A stretch of DNA of 64,000 bases from assembly GCA_965203295.1 (NCBI GenBank), contig CBDBCZ010000017.1, positions 2,368,001 to 2,432,000 of the forward strand, given 5' to 3'. Shown here piece by piece: positions 41,545 to 56,652 of this stretch. The notes under the pieces were generated by a model that did not search any database, was not told the origin of the DNA, and saw only the letters and a program-made list of their open reading frames with translations. This DNA is from Nitrospirales bacterium. Lineage in GTDB: Bacteria; Nitrospirota; Nitrospiria; Nitrospirales; UBA8639. A program made the position numbers and the translations under genes. How positions within the stretch are numbered: position 1 is the stretch's first letter; every line of letters begins with the position of its first letter.

Positions 41545-41990
41545 ATTCATAAATTCAAACACAATGACGTAGCATAAAAAGGCATTGAAAATCCGGTGCA
41601 TGCGTCTTGTCAGAAACGCTTACAAAGAGCAGAAACACTCTCAAAATTTAAACACGATGATTTAGCATGTAAAGGGTAACTAACAGTAAATGAAGTCGAG
41701 AAACACAGCCTTAATACTAAAACTCAAGACTAACAATGAATAGAATATCTCCCCAAATTCATACACAATGATTAAGCATATAAAGATATTGAAAATGTAG
41801 ACAGAGTGTCTATGTTGTCAAAAACGCTTACAATGACCAGAAACATTCCCGAAATTCAAATACTACAATGATTTAACATAATCATAAAGGTCATAAAAGG
41901 CAGTGTATACATCTTGTCAGTAAGGCTCACAACGAGCACAAACGTCCCGGAAATTCAAGCACAATGATTGAGCATATTGATGTTATTGTA
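41545..41990 (+). repeat. Five degenerate ~90-110-bp tandem units
   Basis: aaattcaaacacaatga-like motif near 41551, 41644, 41755, 41852 and 41951; cttgtca..cgcttacaa..agaaaca recurs. Confidence 0.75.
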
Positions 41991-42004
41991 AATGCAGCGT
42001 TACT

Positions 42005-42126
42005 TAATAGGTAAAACGCGGTAGCCAGGGATTTATGGTCCATAAACTGCCCTAGCCCGAGGGCGAAGCCCGAGGACGAGGGCTGTTTATGGCCATAAAT
42101 CCCTGGCAACCGCGGTTTATCTGTTA
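42005..42126. mobile_element. ~120-bp imperfect hairpin, probable terminus of a Crypton-like non-autonomous element
   Basis: Arms cgcggtagccagggatttatgg / ccataaatccctggcaaccgcg around the core cccgagggcgaagcccgagg. The family call is tentative. Confidence 0.5.
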
Positions 42127-42228
42127 TATTCTTAAGCGGATTGGTTCTTTGGGTGCATGGTAACCGACGCTTAGCTACAGTACTACAGTATATATCGCTC
42201 TGTGCGGTTCTCCGACTTGTCTTGGTTT

Positions 42229-43245
<1,017 letters not shown>

Positions 43246-43585
43246 TGTAACGGAGGTCTCCTCCAGCAGTATTTAGCCTTGGGCTGAAGTCGAAGATTGA
43301 CTCGATTGTAGACAGTATGGCTGTTGTGAGCTGTTGTGCATTCTTGTGTTGTCAATGTTTCTGGGCATTCTTCTGTTGTTCATGTCTGCCAGCATTGTGT
43401 TTCTGTCCACCAGCCTGCATTTCTTTCTGGTACATTCTTTCGTTGTCATGCTAAACTCTATAAAAGCAGTCCATTTTTCTGTAAGATGTTGTTGATCCAT
43501 TACTGTTGCCAAAAAGTCTGTCATCTCTGTTCTGCGCTGCGTGCTCGCTGCTACGGCGAAGTTATAACCCGCGGGGTTCGCTACA
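43246..43585 (+). repeat. 5' LTR
   Basis: Starts tgtaac and ends gctaca; contains tataaaa near 43459; followed 2 nt later by the PBS (tRNA-Leu-like, interrupted). Confidence 0.8.
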
Positions 43586-43616
43586 ATTGGTGTCAGGTCC
43601 TGGAGTGGGATAGCAG

Positions 43617-45003
43617 ATGAGCACGAGAGCAGCCACTAGACAGCAGGAGCTGGAAGAACAGCTGGCGAAGCTCATCGGCATGATGGGGCAGCAACAAGAG
43701 CGCCAGGAGCAGCAGCAAGAGCGGCAGGAGGCGAAGCTCATCGGCATGATGGAACAACAACAAGAGCGCCAGGAGCAGCACCAGGAGCGGCAGGAGGCGA
43801 AGCTCATCGGCATGATGGAGCAACAGCGGGAGCGACAGGAGCAGCTCGCGAGTGAGCAGCGGCAGTGGCAAAAGGAGCTGGCCCATCAGCAGGAGCAGCA
43901 GCTGGAGCAGCTGGTAGAAAAGCAATGGAAAGTACTGGAAAAGAAGCAGCTGGAGGCGGAGCAGCAAGTGGAAGCTCTTCAGTACGATCTGGGGCGTACC
44001 AAGGATGCCGTGGAGGGCAGATTCCAGACGGCCGAAGGCTGGCTAGCAGAGCTGCAAACCTCGCATCGAGTGCTGGCCGAGGAGATGCGGGAAAGCCAGG
44101 CCTCTTTGAGGGAGGAAGTACAGACAAAGCTGGAGACCCTTCAGAGCGTCGAGAAGAAGTCGTCAGGAACAACGCTCTCTCCGTCGTTGCGCGCATCTGC
44201 AGTCGAGCTCGAGGAGACGCGGACAAGTCAGGCATCTGTGAAACAGGAACGGCAGACGAAGCCGGAGAGTTCTGAGGAGAAGCCGACGGGGAGCGCGTCC
44301 TCTCCTCCCTTGCGGGCATCTGCAGTGGAGTTTATTCCTACTGTGAATTCTTTCCTTGCAGGGGCAGATGACGGCATACATCGAACCTGTACGGGAGGTG
44401 GGGTTCTGCAGCGACCACCACCGTACGACGGGCGTTCATCTCGGGAGGCCTACCGGGCCCAATTCGAGATGTTGAGCCAGCTGAACCACTGGACAGAGAC
44501 AGAGAAGGCCACACTACTGGCGGTGAGCCTAAGAGGAGCGGCCCTGACTGTCTTGTCCAATCTCAAGAGTGAACGTCGCGGTGACTATAGAGCCTTGGTC
44601 ATCGCCATGGAGAAGTGCTTTGGAGCCGACCAGATTCACTCCGACAGGCCCTGGAGACTGCACTTGAACTGGAATCCTACCAGTTAGCAAGCAGGCAGCG
44701 TTCAAGGGCGGTTCGTGAAGTTCAGCTGCTACCAGACCATGACAGTGGCACTCCACCACATCACAAAGAAAGAGTAATTTCGGCGACAGAATACAGAAGT
44801 TCTTCTTCAAGGACCAAGAAGTTCTCAACTGAGAAAGAAATCACGAGGATTCGGTGAAGCATCATCGATATCCCTTCCAAAAGCGATACACCTGTTGGAA
44901 TTGTGGTGAGCAGGGGCACATGCGACGTGATTGCAAGCGACCAAGCAGTGGGACTTCTGATGGTGTGGGTGACGGTCAGCAGAACCAGGGAAACGAGCAG
45001 TAG
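43617..45003 (+). pseudogene. Gypsy gag (frameshifted), with three 66-bp N-terminal repeats
   Basis: AKLIGMM(G/E)QQ x3; capsid-like PPPYDGRSS..YRAQFEML..NHWTETEKATLLAVSLRGAAL; continues in other frames to the zinc knuckle and TAG at 45001. Confidence 0.88.
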
Positions 45004-45030
45004 CCGAGCTTGCGGGGCAAAGCTCGGCTA
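44988..45030 (+). promoter_or_regulatory. Programmed -1 ribosomal frameshift signal (gag-pol)
   Basis: G GGA AAC in the gag frame, a 6-nt spacer, then a perfect 11-bp stem tagccgagctt / aagctcggcta. Confidence 0.75.
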
Positions 45031-45060
45031 CGTATTCTACCCAAGCCCCAACTGATATAG

Positions 45061-45873
45061 TTTAAAACTGGAACCCTATATGGTCCTGACAACCTGGCAG
45101 TACCAGGGAAAGTGGAGGGTCGCAATTGTCAAATTACAATTGATACAGGAAGCAACATTTCCATTGTAAGACCAGACGTGTTACCCGAGAAAAAGCAGAG
45201 CGAAATACAACCAATCAACCAATGCATCCGCACCGTTACTGGGGAGAAAGCTCCCACCCGGGGAAAAGGCAATCTTCGTCTCAGAATTGGATCCACAGAA
45301 ATAGTACACCCTAGCTACATGGATTGCTGACATCCAAGACGAATGTATTCTGGGCTTAGATTTCCTAGAGCCTCATGAATGTCTAGTGAACCTGAGGAAT
45401 GGTACACTCCAGGTGGGTGAGGAGGAAATTCCACTGCAAAAGCCTGCCGTGGTGACTACATTGACGCCATGTAGAGCAGTCTTGGAGACCACTGTGATCT
45501 TACCACCTCAATCGGAATGTGTTGTACCTGCAAAAATGGATGACCAGTGGAAGCACAAGCCAAGGTGGGGAATTATGGAAGCTGGAACCAGAAACAAGGA
45601 AGCAGAAAGTGCCCTGGAAGGCTTGTTGGTTGCCCGAACTCTGGTAGACCTACATCAACCTACCACAGTCGTGAGAATGATGAATCTAACTGGCCAGAAA
45701 CGCAAAGTCAAGAAGGGAACAGAAATTGCAAGATGTGAGCAAGTTGCAAGTGTTGTTCTGCAACAAAAGGAAATTGCAAAGGCAGAATCTGAAATGCTAC
45801 ACCTCCCTGAGCATTTGAAAGAGTTGTATATGCGGAGCAGCCATGGGCTAACAAAGGATCAATGCCAGCAGAC
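45061..45873 (+). pseudogene. Gypsy pol 5' part (aspartic protease and downstream region), frameshifted and truncated
   Basis: DTGS motif; ADIQDECILGLDFL in a shifted frame; ORF 45386 onward runs into unrelated sequence at ~45874. Confidence 0.88.
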
Positions 45874-45886
45874 TATGTATTTTTTG

Positions 45887-48800
45887 GATGCAGTTGCTAG
45901 CAGAGAAGCAACCTCAAGCAACGTTTTCCCTTCTTCTTTTTCATTTAGCCCATTTCAATACATGATGAGACACCTGTATCAGATCCCAGTTCTCCACACC
46001 AAAGAAGGAATACTCACGGTAGGTTCGATTTGTTGGAATGTAAGTCTGCACTATTGGTTTTATTTGAGTCGGACATTCAATACCATTATTTTTACAGTAT
46101 TTCTGAAATTTTTATGATATGTAATTATTTTTACAGGAATTTCTGTGGGCCATATGAGTATTATGTTTTCAAAATCTAGGCATACATGTGCAGGAGGGTT
46201 GAGCCCCCCCCCACACACACACACACAAAAGCAACCTGGATTGATTTTAAAATTTCCTTCACACCAGTTGGTATACCCATCTAGTGTCTAGTGCAACGTA
46301 GCCTTGTCTCCATACACGCACACACACACTTTTAGTAGCTGTACCCACCCCTGATGTGACACTCGTTAATTGCATTCAGCCTGCGATGATTACTACAGTC
46401 TATGTGTGTACATATTGTTATTCTTGGTCCTGTTTTAGGACAGGATGTTGTGGAACAAAGAGCAAGAGCAGGAGAGGATTCTGAAAGCAACTCTTTGCTA
46501 CGTATACATGATGCCCTTATTGAGAAGGTATTTTTACTCATGGAATCTCATTCTAGCTACATCCCTGGCCCTCCTACATGCAGGCCAAAATAGATAGCAC
46601 AGGATAGTTGCTCTTGGTGTCGTAGAACACATTATTGTGATGCACATTTTGTATTAAGTGGTTTATTTTCCTTGCTGGCAAACTTGCTGTATACACTCGA
46701 AAAGATGGTTAGTCTGAGTGGGCCATCAGCCTGTTCTGATCATTGGCCCTTACTTACATGTACATGTACATGTACATGTATGTACACAGCTGACTATGTA
46801 CATACATGTATCTGCTTTTCAAGGTTTGGGTACTGGTTTCTGAAATTACCAGTTACATACATATTCAGACTACATGCCACGTTTTACAGGATTATCAAGT
46901 GCAGTGTCTAACGGACAGAGTCTGTAGGCTGGCTCTGTTTGAGTCTGAGAGCCAAAGAAAAGTTGCTATTATAGCTGAACTAAGGAAAGAACTGGCTGCT
47001 TACAAGAAGAACCCAATGGCTAAAGATCTGAGGTATGTAAATTATGTGAAAAGCAAGGCAGAAATATTGTAGAGACTGCATATAGCTCTGAACTATTCCT
47101 ATACTCTGTCAAAGCTGCGTATGGGCATCATGCGTATGAAACACACACACACATTTTCCATCTTACCTTGTAATAGGCTTTACTAGTTTTGGATCACTCT
47201 CTGCTGCATACTAATCATTGCATGTTTAACTGCTCATGTTACGTATAGTTGTGGTGCTTTCACAGTTAGTTTCAAAGTAATGTATACAATGTTTTGCATA
47301 CATAGCTATGTTTCTATGGAGGAGCACCTGGAATCATGTGAAAGTCGTTTACAAGGAATGATATCTGGTGTAGAAATGCTGAAGAAACAGGTCTGTATCA
47401 CTTCAGACTGCCAGTATAAACCTGTATGTATGTACGTACTTACGTACATGTATGTATGTTAATTACACATTTGGTCAACAGCATGGGCAGGTGCATGTTG
47501 AAACTTACTTGCATACAAAGCATGTGGCATACTACGTTCTACTGTAGACCACACGTTTATCCGGAAAGGAGCGTCTGTGTCTACAGTACCATTCATACAC
47601 TGCTATACATGCAGTATGTTAGAGCAAGTATGACTGTCTCATATTATGTCTACACTGCTGTACATGCAGCATGTATGACTGTCATGTGATGTGGCTCAGC
47701 TTTAATGTGAAACGTGCTACGCAACATGCTTCCTTGGCAGTATTCTATTACCATAAGAGTGTATGGAACTTGTGAATAGTTATCTTTAACAGCTAGCTGA
47801 CACTGAGAGCCAACTGCAGTCTGCTACTAGCCGTAGCTCTTCACTCCGGAAAGAGCTGATGGGCAAGGATGCCACTGTGACTTCACTGACTCATGAAAAC
47901 CGGAGATTACAGGAGGAGAGCAAACTTTCTGCAAGGCGCTCCTCTCAACTGAAACAAGAGTGTAGAGAAAGACGTACATCTAATGCTTCCCTTCAAAAGC
48001 AGGTCAGCATCATGTGCACTGTATACATACGTGTGTCATGTACATAACATTGGGTATGGTGATTCTGTGCACTTACAGCTCTTGTATGCATGTACGTCTA
48101 TGTTTGCACTGGGGCTATGTACATGTTCACACCTTCCGGATTTTAAAGGTATTGTTAACTTGAAGGCCTGGTACTCGGGCAAAAACCCGGGACTATTTAT
48201 TTGAATTATAAGTGCCCAGTTACGCTGGGAGTTGAACCCATGCAGGACCTTCTGATTGCTAGTCAGTAGGCAAGTTTTATACGTAGCTACTAAACCCACT
48301 AGAAGCACTCGCCAATATGACCTGCCAATTCTAACTGTAATTACTCTCTTAAGATAGTATCATGCAGCACCCATGTATGTGTTGCTGTTCTCTTCTGTTA
48401 TTATGTTTCATGTTGCATACATACAACAGTTGAAGAGTTGACAAAACTAAATAATGATCTTCAAAAGGTAAATGTGTAGAAAGTAACTGTCAATTATTGG
48501 AGTATGGAGAAACAGGATGTTCAAATCATATGTAGTATTCTGAATCACTACGATGCACACTTAGTAATACATTTAATATGCTTTCAACACTTGATATGCT
48601 GTGATTCACTCTCACTTGCTGTCAGTGAATATGTTTTGAGCTTGTGAAGTACAGTAGAACAGTAATGCAATATCACCGGTTTCCAAAGCTATACTTCAAG
48701 CTGCTGCGGTGCATATGTATATGTGTGGGTGTTCAAACTTATGTAACAATAGATGTTAGATTTATGCACTGTGCACTGTCCTCAAATTGTTAAAGTACAT

Positions 48801-51800
48801 GACTGACATATTTTTAATACGTACAAGACATGATATTGCGAATGATAAGCTGATATTCAGCTTCCTGTTCTTTAGAGATTAAAACAAAGCCAAGCTATAA
48901 GAAGCTCAGCGGTAATGAATTAAATAGGAAATCTGAACTTACCAAGAAGAGAAAAGATGATGCTACTGCTAAACAGGTAAGTAGTATTAAATTGAAACCA
49001 CATGGCTGTTTTGTAGGTTTATCGTTCACATATGTAACACTGTCAAGCTCTCATCTTCTCATTAGGTTGACAGCTTAAATCACAAGATTTTTTAGAAGAC
49101 CAAGTTTCTGAAGCAAAAGAGAGAGAGAGTAACCGTACTTGTCAATGTGAAACATAAAGTACACATGCGAATATCCTTTTGTAAAATACTCTAATGTACT
49201 AGGCCGGGTTACGTACATCATATAACATTGATCGGTCGTTGGATAACAGTATGAATATGTACTCACCAACTGCTTTCAGGCTATATTTGTCCATTACGAG
49301 GTGAGAAACATGTTGACCTCCAGTGATAATAGAATGAAGAAATATACTGTATGACAGCTTTTCAATCTCATGAATCACTACTGAGAGCCACAGTCATGCC
49401 CATTGCTACATGGTGTGAGATTATATCGCAGGCTGGCTGCTTGAGAATAACTTGTTTATGCTATGCATATGTCATTGTGTATGGGTGCCGGTGTTATGTA
49501 TACCCCTGTCGCGTGTGTATGCCTCTTGTGCATACAGATGTACACTTTATGTGAGCAGCTGGTTACCCTAGCCTCCAACGGGCTGTCTCAGAGCACTGAC
49601 ATCAGCCCCGAAGCAGCTACTAGTGCTGTGACAACACTGGTGGAGGAGAACACACATCTGAAAGAGGACATTGAAAGAGTGACTCAACAACTACAGCAGG
49701 TTAGACTCTTGCCACATAGAGTTGTGTGTTTCTTGATGCTACTCCAGTAATCTACATTTCCATACACCATGTACGCAGAAAAACAGTGTACATATTTATT
49801 GTATACATATATACCTACATCATTCATTCATTTCTGGAGCACTGTGTTCTGCAAAAAATCAGTAACACACTGTATAAGTGTATAAGTACGGCAAAGAAGC
49901 AGAGGTGCAGGTGTATACGCAGGAAATATGGTTAAGAATCATTGCTGTTGTTGCTGGTGGTAATAGAAAATCTCTCTGCATAAACTAACTGATTCATGCA
50001 TCATCGAACACACTTTGGGAAGTAAAGGTTCCATAGCCTGCTGCATATATATTGAGATCTACGACTGAAATATTCCTTAATCTTTAGTATAATATACACT
50101 CCAGGCCCTATGTTATGGCAGTACTATAATTATAGTAACTACCTATACAGGCACGTATGTATTTTAGTTACTACGTATATGTACATATACGTTTAATGTG
50201 TTTATTGCCACTTCCTGTATTTCATACAGCTGCAAGACAGTCATTCTGCTGTGTGTTCTGGAGTTCATGGTGTTGTTGAGTGCTTTCTGGGAATGAAGGT
50301 GATGCACTTCATTGTAGTAGTAACTTGCATGTAAAAAGTTTTAATAATATATGGTTAAACAGAAGATCTGGTACTTTGCTAGCCAAGGGCACATTTATGA
50401 ACCCAGAAAAAGTGTCAACTTTTTCTGATTCTATATTAGTACCCAAAAATCCATATACATTCACATTGAACTATATTGGAGAAAACCTTGCCTGGTTAAG
50501 AGCCGGCTAGCTAGCTTGTAAAGTAATGAAAAGTGTGTGAATGGTGATATTTCTATATGATAGATACGTTTCTACCATACACATATTCAGTTTGTTTAAA
50601 GCAGGAGATTATTCAACCTAATTAAGGGCCTCTAATTTTATAGTGGTTTCATGGTATAAACAGTTTATTTTACTGCTTCTAATTCTCTACCTTGAACATA
50701 CCTACATATTTCCATAGAGTATACATGTATGAGCATACATATGCCCACTCCTATTCACAGCCTACGTAATCGAAAATTACTGCCCTACAATTTTTTTAAA
50801 TTAAGCCAATATTGTTAAACTATGTGCTGTCAAGATGACACCTTTCTGTTACAAGTATCATATGTGCTCTCTTCTAAAGACCACATGCACCGTAACATAC
50901 CCCACAATTAACCCCACAATAAACTGACAATTGGAGTTTGGCAACGTACTGGAGATGGGTTTGGCTCTGCTATTGACTGAAGGTTAGAATCATAAATTCC
51001 ACCAGTTTTAAACAAATTTTGAATGACACATGAAATTTTTCATGTTTTCATGTATCAAACGAAAAGAACAGCTGGATACTAAATGTATTGTTCCCAGGCC
51101 AAAATACACATACACACATACACACATACACATGAGCTACATATATATGTAACTGAGGTTCCATGCTGCAACACAACATGAGAGTAGGTGCTACATACTA
51201 CATGTAGCCTCGTTCCTAGGCTCTACTTCCCAGCTTTTGTTTTCGCACGTAATAATTATTTTACTATGTGCGAAAAAAACTGGGAAATAAGTAGATATGG
51301 TTGTCGAGAATGCATCAAAAGTGCAGAAACTGGAATGAATACGCCTATATTATACCCATAGTAATCCTGGTCATGCTGGTCACAACAGTTGTGAATATGT
51401 AAGTATACTTCTACAGGTTGTCTCGTATTGAAATAGAGCACAGTGAAGCCCTCTCTGGGACTGTGGCTGCAATGAAACAGGATGAAGAGCAGAGGCTACT
51501 AAAGGTTGTAGAGACGACTAAACAGGAGGAGCAAGTAAGTGACATACAATCATTGTAATATGAGCATATCTCAGACTGGATATTGCATACTGAGTCATGT
51601 ACAATGCAAGCAGAACGTTAATAGACGGATGCTCAGATTTGGTGTGTACGTACATGTAGATTAAATGTGTGTGGCTTGCAGAACAAAAATTAATAACCAA
51701 TATTAGGGAATTTTTCGGCCTTTTACAAGTCTGATTCAGAATAAGCATATCTTCTTTAGCCTAATTGTGTTTCCGAGAGTTTCTTGTACCCATGCAAGTG

Positions 51801-54800
51801 TTACTAGTGTTGTCCCAGTAGATCAAAGGCATTAGTGTGCTGGACAAAAGTGTTGTCACTGTTACATGTACATGCAAACATTCTCAAAACTGCCTACCCA
51901 AACCTTAACTCAAAGCCGCTTTCCTAATGTCGAGAATAGCAGTTTGGAATCTACGTATTTAGCTAGTAGCATCTTAGTCTATCGAGCTAGACCCTCCTCT
52001 ATGCTTAGCTAAGCGCAGAGGAGGGTCTAGCTCGATAGACTAGTAGCATCTAAAAAGATACTTGGCTGCTCTTCTAAAACGTGTAATGAAGCAGTAAGGG
52101 AATATGGGGTTTAAGTTGAGGTCTGGTACTAATGGTCTGAATGAAGAGTTAGGAAGATAAAAATGATGATAGGCAGTGTTGGTTATGTGGGAAAGAATGT
52201 GAGAGTGTAGTTCACGTGCTCCGACCGGCAATTCACAAGGACTGGGCACTCAATAGATTGAGTTTTTTTTTGGTTGAGTGGCTAGCCAGCCCTCTGTGAT
52301 GGTATCAATAACGTCTGATCAAGTGGCTGGTGAAGTAGTGTCGACATGTTAATATCTACTTGTCTTTTATGGATTGTATAGAATGTTCACTTATGTTATA
52401 AAGATAATTTAATTCTATAACTAATGTAAGAAGAAAACTAGGAGAATAATATGGAGAATAGCAAAAATCTCAAGCCTGTTAGGCATTCCTTTTCTCATCA
52501 GGATATTCTCAGGATCATGAACAGCCCCAACATAGTAGTATACACGTATGTATGTGTCTATGTCTGTTACCAAGATGAGCAGCACTAATCCCTTCATCTT
52601 GAAGCCCTCTAACTTGGTTGGCCATGATGCTAGTGTGTGTGTGTGGTGATGGCTGATACGTATACCTATTTTACATTATGAAAGGAGAAAACAGGCTTTT
52701 ACTCCCCCAATGGACTGGATGATCGGTGTGTTGTTGCCCTTGATCATAGTGTTTATCCACCACTGGGCCAAAGTGCTTTACTAGTGATCCTAGTAGTTTA
52801 TGTATATGGACAATCTTCATTCTCACCTTACCTGCCACGCTAGAATTTTTCCATCTCAAAGCAAGGATCTCTCCTGGCAGGCTGCTGGTGAATCACAGCT
52901 ACACTAGATTGACACAGTATCCAGGACCATAGTCAGCTGATATGTGATACTTAGTCTACAATGAAAATGGCACTTCCCAAACAATTGAGTGCAACCTTGA
53001 GAATGGAATGTAGTGCATATGGGTGCACTCATTCCCTGGTTCAACTCCGCTGTTTTTATTCACATACATGTAGTAAACAGCACCTTTTGGCATTCTGTAA
53101 GCCACAGCAGCTGGGGTGGAGGCCAGGAACGAAGCTACGTAGGAATGTCCTTTTTTTTTATCCGACAGTGTCAAAACAGTGCAGGTATTTCCTCTTATAT
53201 TAAGGGGAGAAAAGAGTGTAGGGATACACAGTCAAGGGGTTACTTTTTAGAGAGTGTAATCTTCTTCTAAACCCCTTCCCAATTACCTGCCTGCAATAGC
53301 CAAATACTACATGTAATAGTAAGTCCTGTGTACCATTCCCAGACCAGTAGTTCTTATATCTCGTGTGCCCAGACCTACTAATTATAATCACAAGTGCTAC
53401 GGATACAAACCTGCTGTCTATGAGCTTCATCCACATGTAGTTGTGATTAGCAATCTGCCACATTTGAATATATTTATTGCTGTATATTTAACCTATAGAA
53501 GAACTCAGTTTTAGAGTGACTGTTGTATGCAATGCAGGAGATGTATCAAAAGCAATTAGAGGAAATGAAGATACAACTGGAGCATGACAAGGACGTTTCT
53601 CTGGAGGAAGAAAAGAGAAATACAGCTACTGTGATGGAGGAGCTGGAACAAGTAAAACAGGTACAACACAGCCAGTAGTATGTGCAGACAAACACCGGCC
53701 TGCACTACTGCATATTAACCTGTAGTGCATGACCTCTCCCAATATCATTATACAAGGCAAGAACGTTCGTGAAGTAAGTAGTTTAGACTGTACATAGTTA
53801 TGTATGCAATTTTCCTAGTAGCTGTCTACTACTCCAGCTATTTATCCCAATATTTAGTGAAGATTAATACTGCATTTCACTTCCAGGATAAGGAAGAAAT
53901 GGAATTGAAATGTGAGGAGAGGAAGGCTCTTCAACTGAAGCTGGTAAGCCACATCTACCTTTGAGTATATCACTTCTGTCTCAGTACTGACTGCAATCAG
54001 CACAACTGTGCGTGTTTCTCAACTTGTAGTGTGTACCATTCTTTACTTAAAAGGCTTCTTCATTAAGACTAGGTGGTTGGAGCTAGTAACTTTGAAATAG
54101 AATTAATGCTAACTAGAGGTCTTCAAGAAGACATACCCCGCGCTGAATACTGAGACATAGGGCTAGCTGTGAATTACAGTCAATATTCCAATGGTTTTAC
54201 AGTAGTGTCTGCACGTAGCTACGTTATTATGCACTACTAATTCAGTGTCCAAAGTGTCTGGAACTACATGTACGTGTACTACGGCTTCTGTTATCTTGTT
54301 CACTATGTAATGTCAGTAATGACAGGACTCTTCAACGACAATGAGCATATGTACATGCCGCAAGATACAGAGTGAAAGACGTAAACAGTTACGTACTTGT
54401 AGAAGCTGTGGGCATATATCTATTCTCATTGATGGGTCGACACTTAATTACGTGTCTATGATAATTATAATAATAGTGCGCATGTTCTTTGACCTGTCCC
54501 TAGTGGTACAGACATGCGGAAGTTGGCGAGAGTAACTGAAGTTTGAGGTTTATCACAAGCTGTATTGCTTTGGAGAGACACTCAAGATCTGGTGTATGAT
54601 TTAACCTTCCGTCTCAGTCTATGAAACTGGCCTCCGATAGTCACTTGGTCTTGTCACGAGACTAGTCCTCTAAACGATTGATTTCACAATAACACAATCA
54701 CATATTTGGATCTGCCCAGCAAGCTATAGGTGTGTCCCATTGCTGTATTAGCCAACACTGATAATCAGAAAAAATAAAAGCTACAGAAAATAGAATTACT

Positions 54801-55696
54801 TTGTGCTTTACCAGATTATATACAAGCTAAAGTATGATGAATTTATTAAGTTAATTCATGCTTTGAAATCATATACATGTAGCCTCTAAATCGCATATCA
54901 TGAAGATATTTTAATATTTTTATGTCATTGCTTAACCCCCACTTGTGCATGTTTGGCGCAGGGTATTATTATTTCCATACATGACAGGGTATATAAGCTT
55001 GCATATTATGCATCCTGGACTTACATTTATTTCAAAGCTGCGTAATAGACACCCACTCTGACTAAATGTGACATAATACGTAATATATCACCTGACAATA
55101 CCATTTTTTTGTGCTACAGTGCACTTTTACGTGTACGTACTAAGGGCACTTATTAACCAACCAAGTGTTTCCACACAGGAGAATCTGGAGGAAAGTCTGA
55201 GAGAACTTGCAGTGAGCAAATCAGAAGCTCTTGACGTTGCTGAGATGCAAAAGATTACATTAAAAGAAAAATTGCTTGCGGAAATCGCTTGCTATGAGGT
55301 AAGCAGTGTACCGGTATCATGTATGTGTACTTGTAGAGTGAATAGAAAAGGTGTGCAATGTCCAATCTAACTGCACAATTTAACAACTGATTGGAAAACA
55401 GAGTTGTTGCTGGTGGCAGCTGTTGGTTGACACGGGTCAAAATCATGGACCGTATCTTTCCATTGGTAAAGTCATGTACATACATACTTTTTCATATCGT
55501 GGTCTGGATGTTTTACATGTGCAGGAACAGTCTGACCAGTATGCAGTCACTATAGCTGCAATGGAAGAAAAGCTACTGACCCTAATGAAGAAGTCCCAAC
55601 TGTTAGAAAAGAAGAATGAGAGCCTGTAACAGCAAATGGCTTTGCATCAGCAAGAAGCCAGTAATTCAGAAAAGAGAGGCACTGCTACATGTACAG
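45887..55696 (+). pseudogene. FHAD1: FHAD1-like coiled-coil gene, partial and inactivated (no FHA domain seen)
   Basis: Exons include 46444-46527, 46890-47032 (VCRLALFESESQRKVAIIAELRKEL), 47306-47390, 47793-48002, 49538-49699, ~51437-51535, 53538-53660, ~53887-53943, 55179-55298 (..EIACYE) and 55525-55696 (EQSDQYAVTIAAMEEKL; in-exon TAA at 55627). Two segments resemble recalled FHAD1 motifs. Confidence 0.65.
51975..52042. mobile_element. 68-bp fold-back MITE with 9-bp TSD gtagcatct (AcademH-like)
   Basis: tagtctatcgagctagaccctcctct / agaggagggtctagctcgatagacta. Confidence 0.88.
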
Positions 55697-56370
55697 GTAA
55701 TAATGAATGTGTACACATCTATGGGTACCAATACAGACATTCATTGCAGTATGGATTCTTGAATCTAACGCTCCATTTTGCGTTCATGATCATGGACCAT
55801 TGATCCTTGCACATGTGTAGGTATGTTCATAGAACGCACTGCCCAGAGTTGTGACCATAGGCAAACATTCTGTTTTCAACTTGGGTCATTTGTGGTGCAC
55901 GTACGCGTAGCTTGCTATGCATGTTTTAATTGAATGCGTGAAAAATCTCCCGATACAACAATACATGTACATGTAATGAAGGCCTAACTAGTTCCACTAC
56001 TTTAGCTAGGTAGCTCAGAGTGGGTTATGAGGTGACCATGGATCTGAGTCCAGATAACATGTACATGTACAGAGGGGAGTGGGGGTTTACAAGAAATTAT
56101 TTCGAAATTCTCTGGCATGGGGGCATACTCGCCCGTATGAAAGCCTTTTGTGTGTGTGTGTGTGCGTCTAATATCACAATTTGCTATTCATTCTTCATCA
56201 GTAGCAATCAGCTGCTGTCTCCTTGTTCTTGCGCAGGAGTGTCTTTTGCAGTTCCAGGAAATTGTCCAGCAGTTTTCTCAGCAGGGATTGATCTGCAAAG
56301 TAAAATGAAATGCACACCTCCAATTACCATTCTCATATACATTAAACAGGCTATGACATACTCAATATGT

Positions 56371-56652
<282 letters not shown>

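Larger units (their letters stand above)
43246..45873 (+). mobile_element. Ty3/Gypsy LTR retrotransposon, 5' half only (LTR, PBS, gag, protease)
   Basis: TG..CA LTR (43246-43585), PBS-like tggtgtcag..gagtgggat at 43588, gag from 43617, CCHC knuckle CWNCGEQGHMRRDC (~44892-44935) and protease ITIDTGSNISIV. No RT, integrase or 3' LTR is present. Confidence 0.92.

Noticed and set aside
43562..44381. Leu-rich and Ala/Pro-rich ORFs overlapping gag
   Set aside because: Shadows of the GC-rich, Gln/Glu-repetitive gag.
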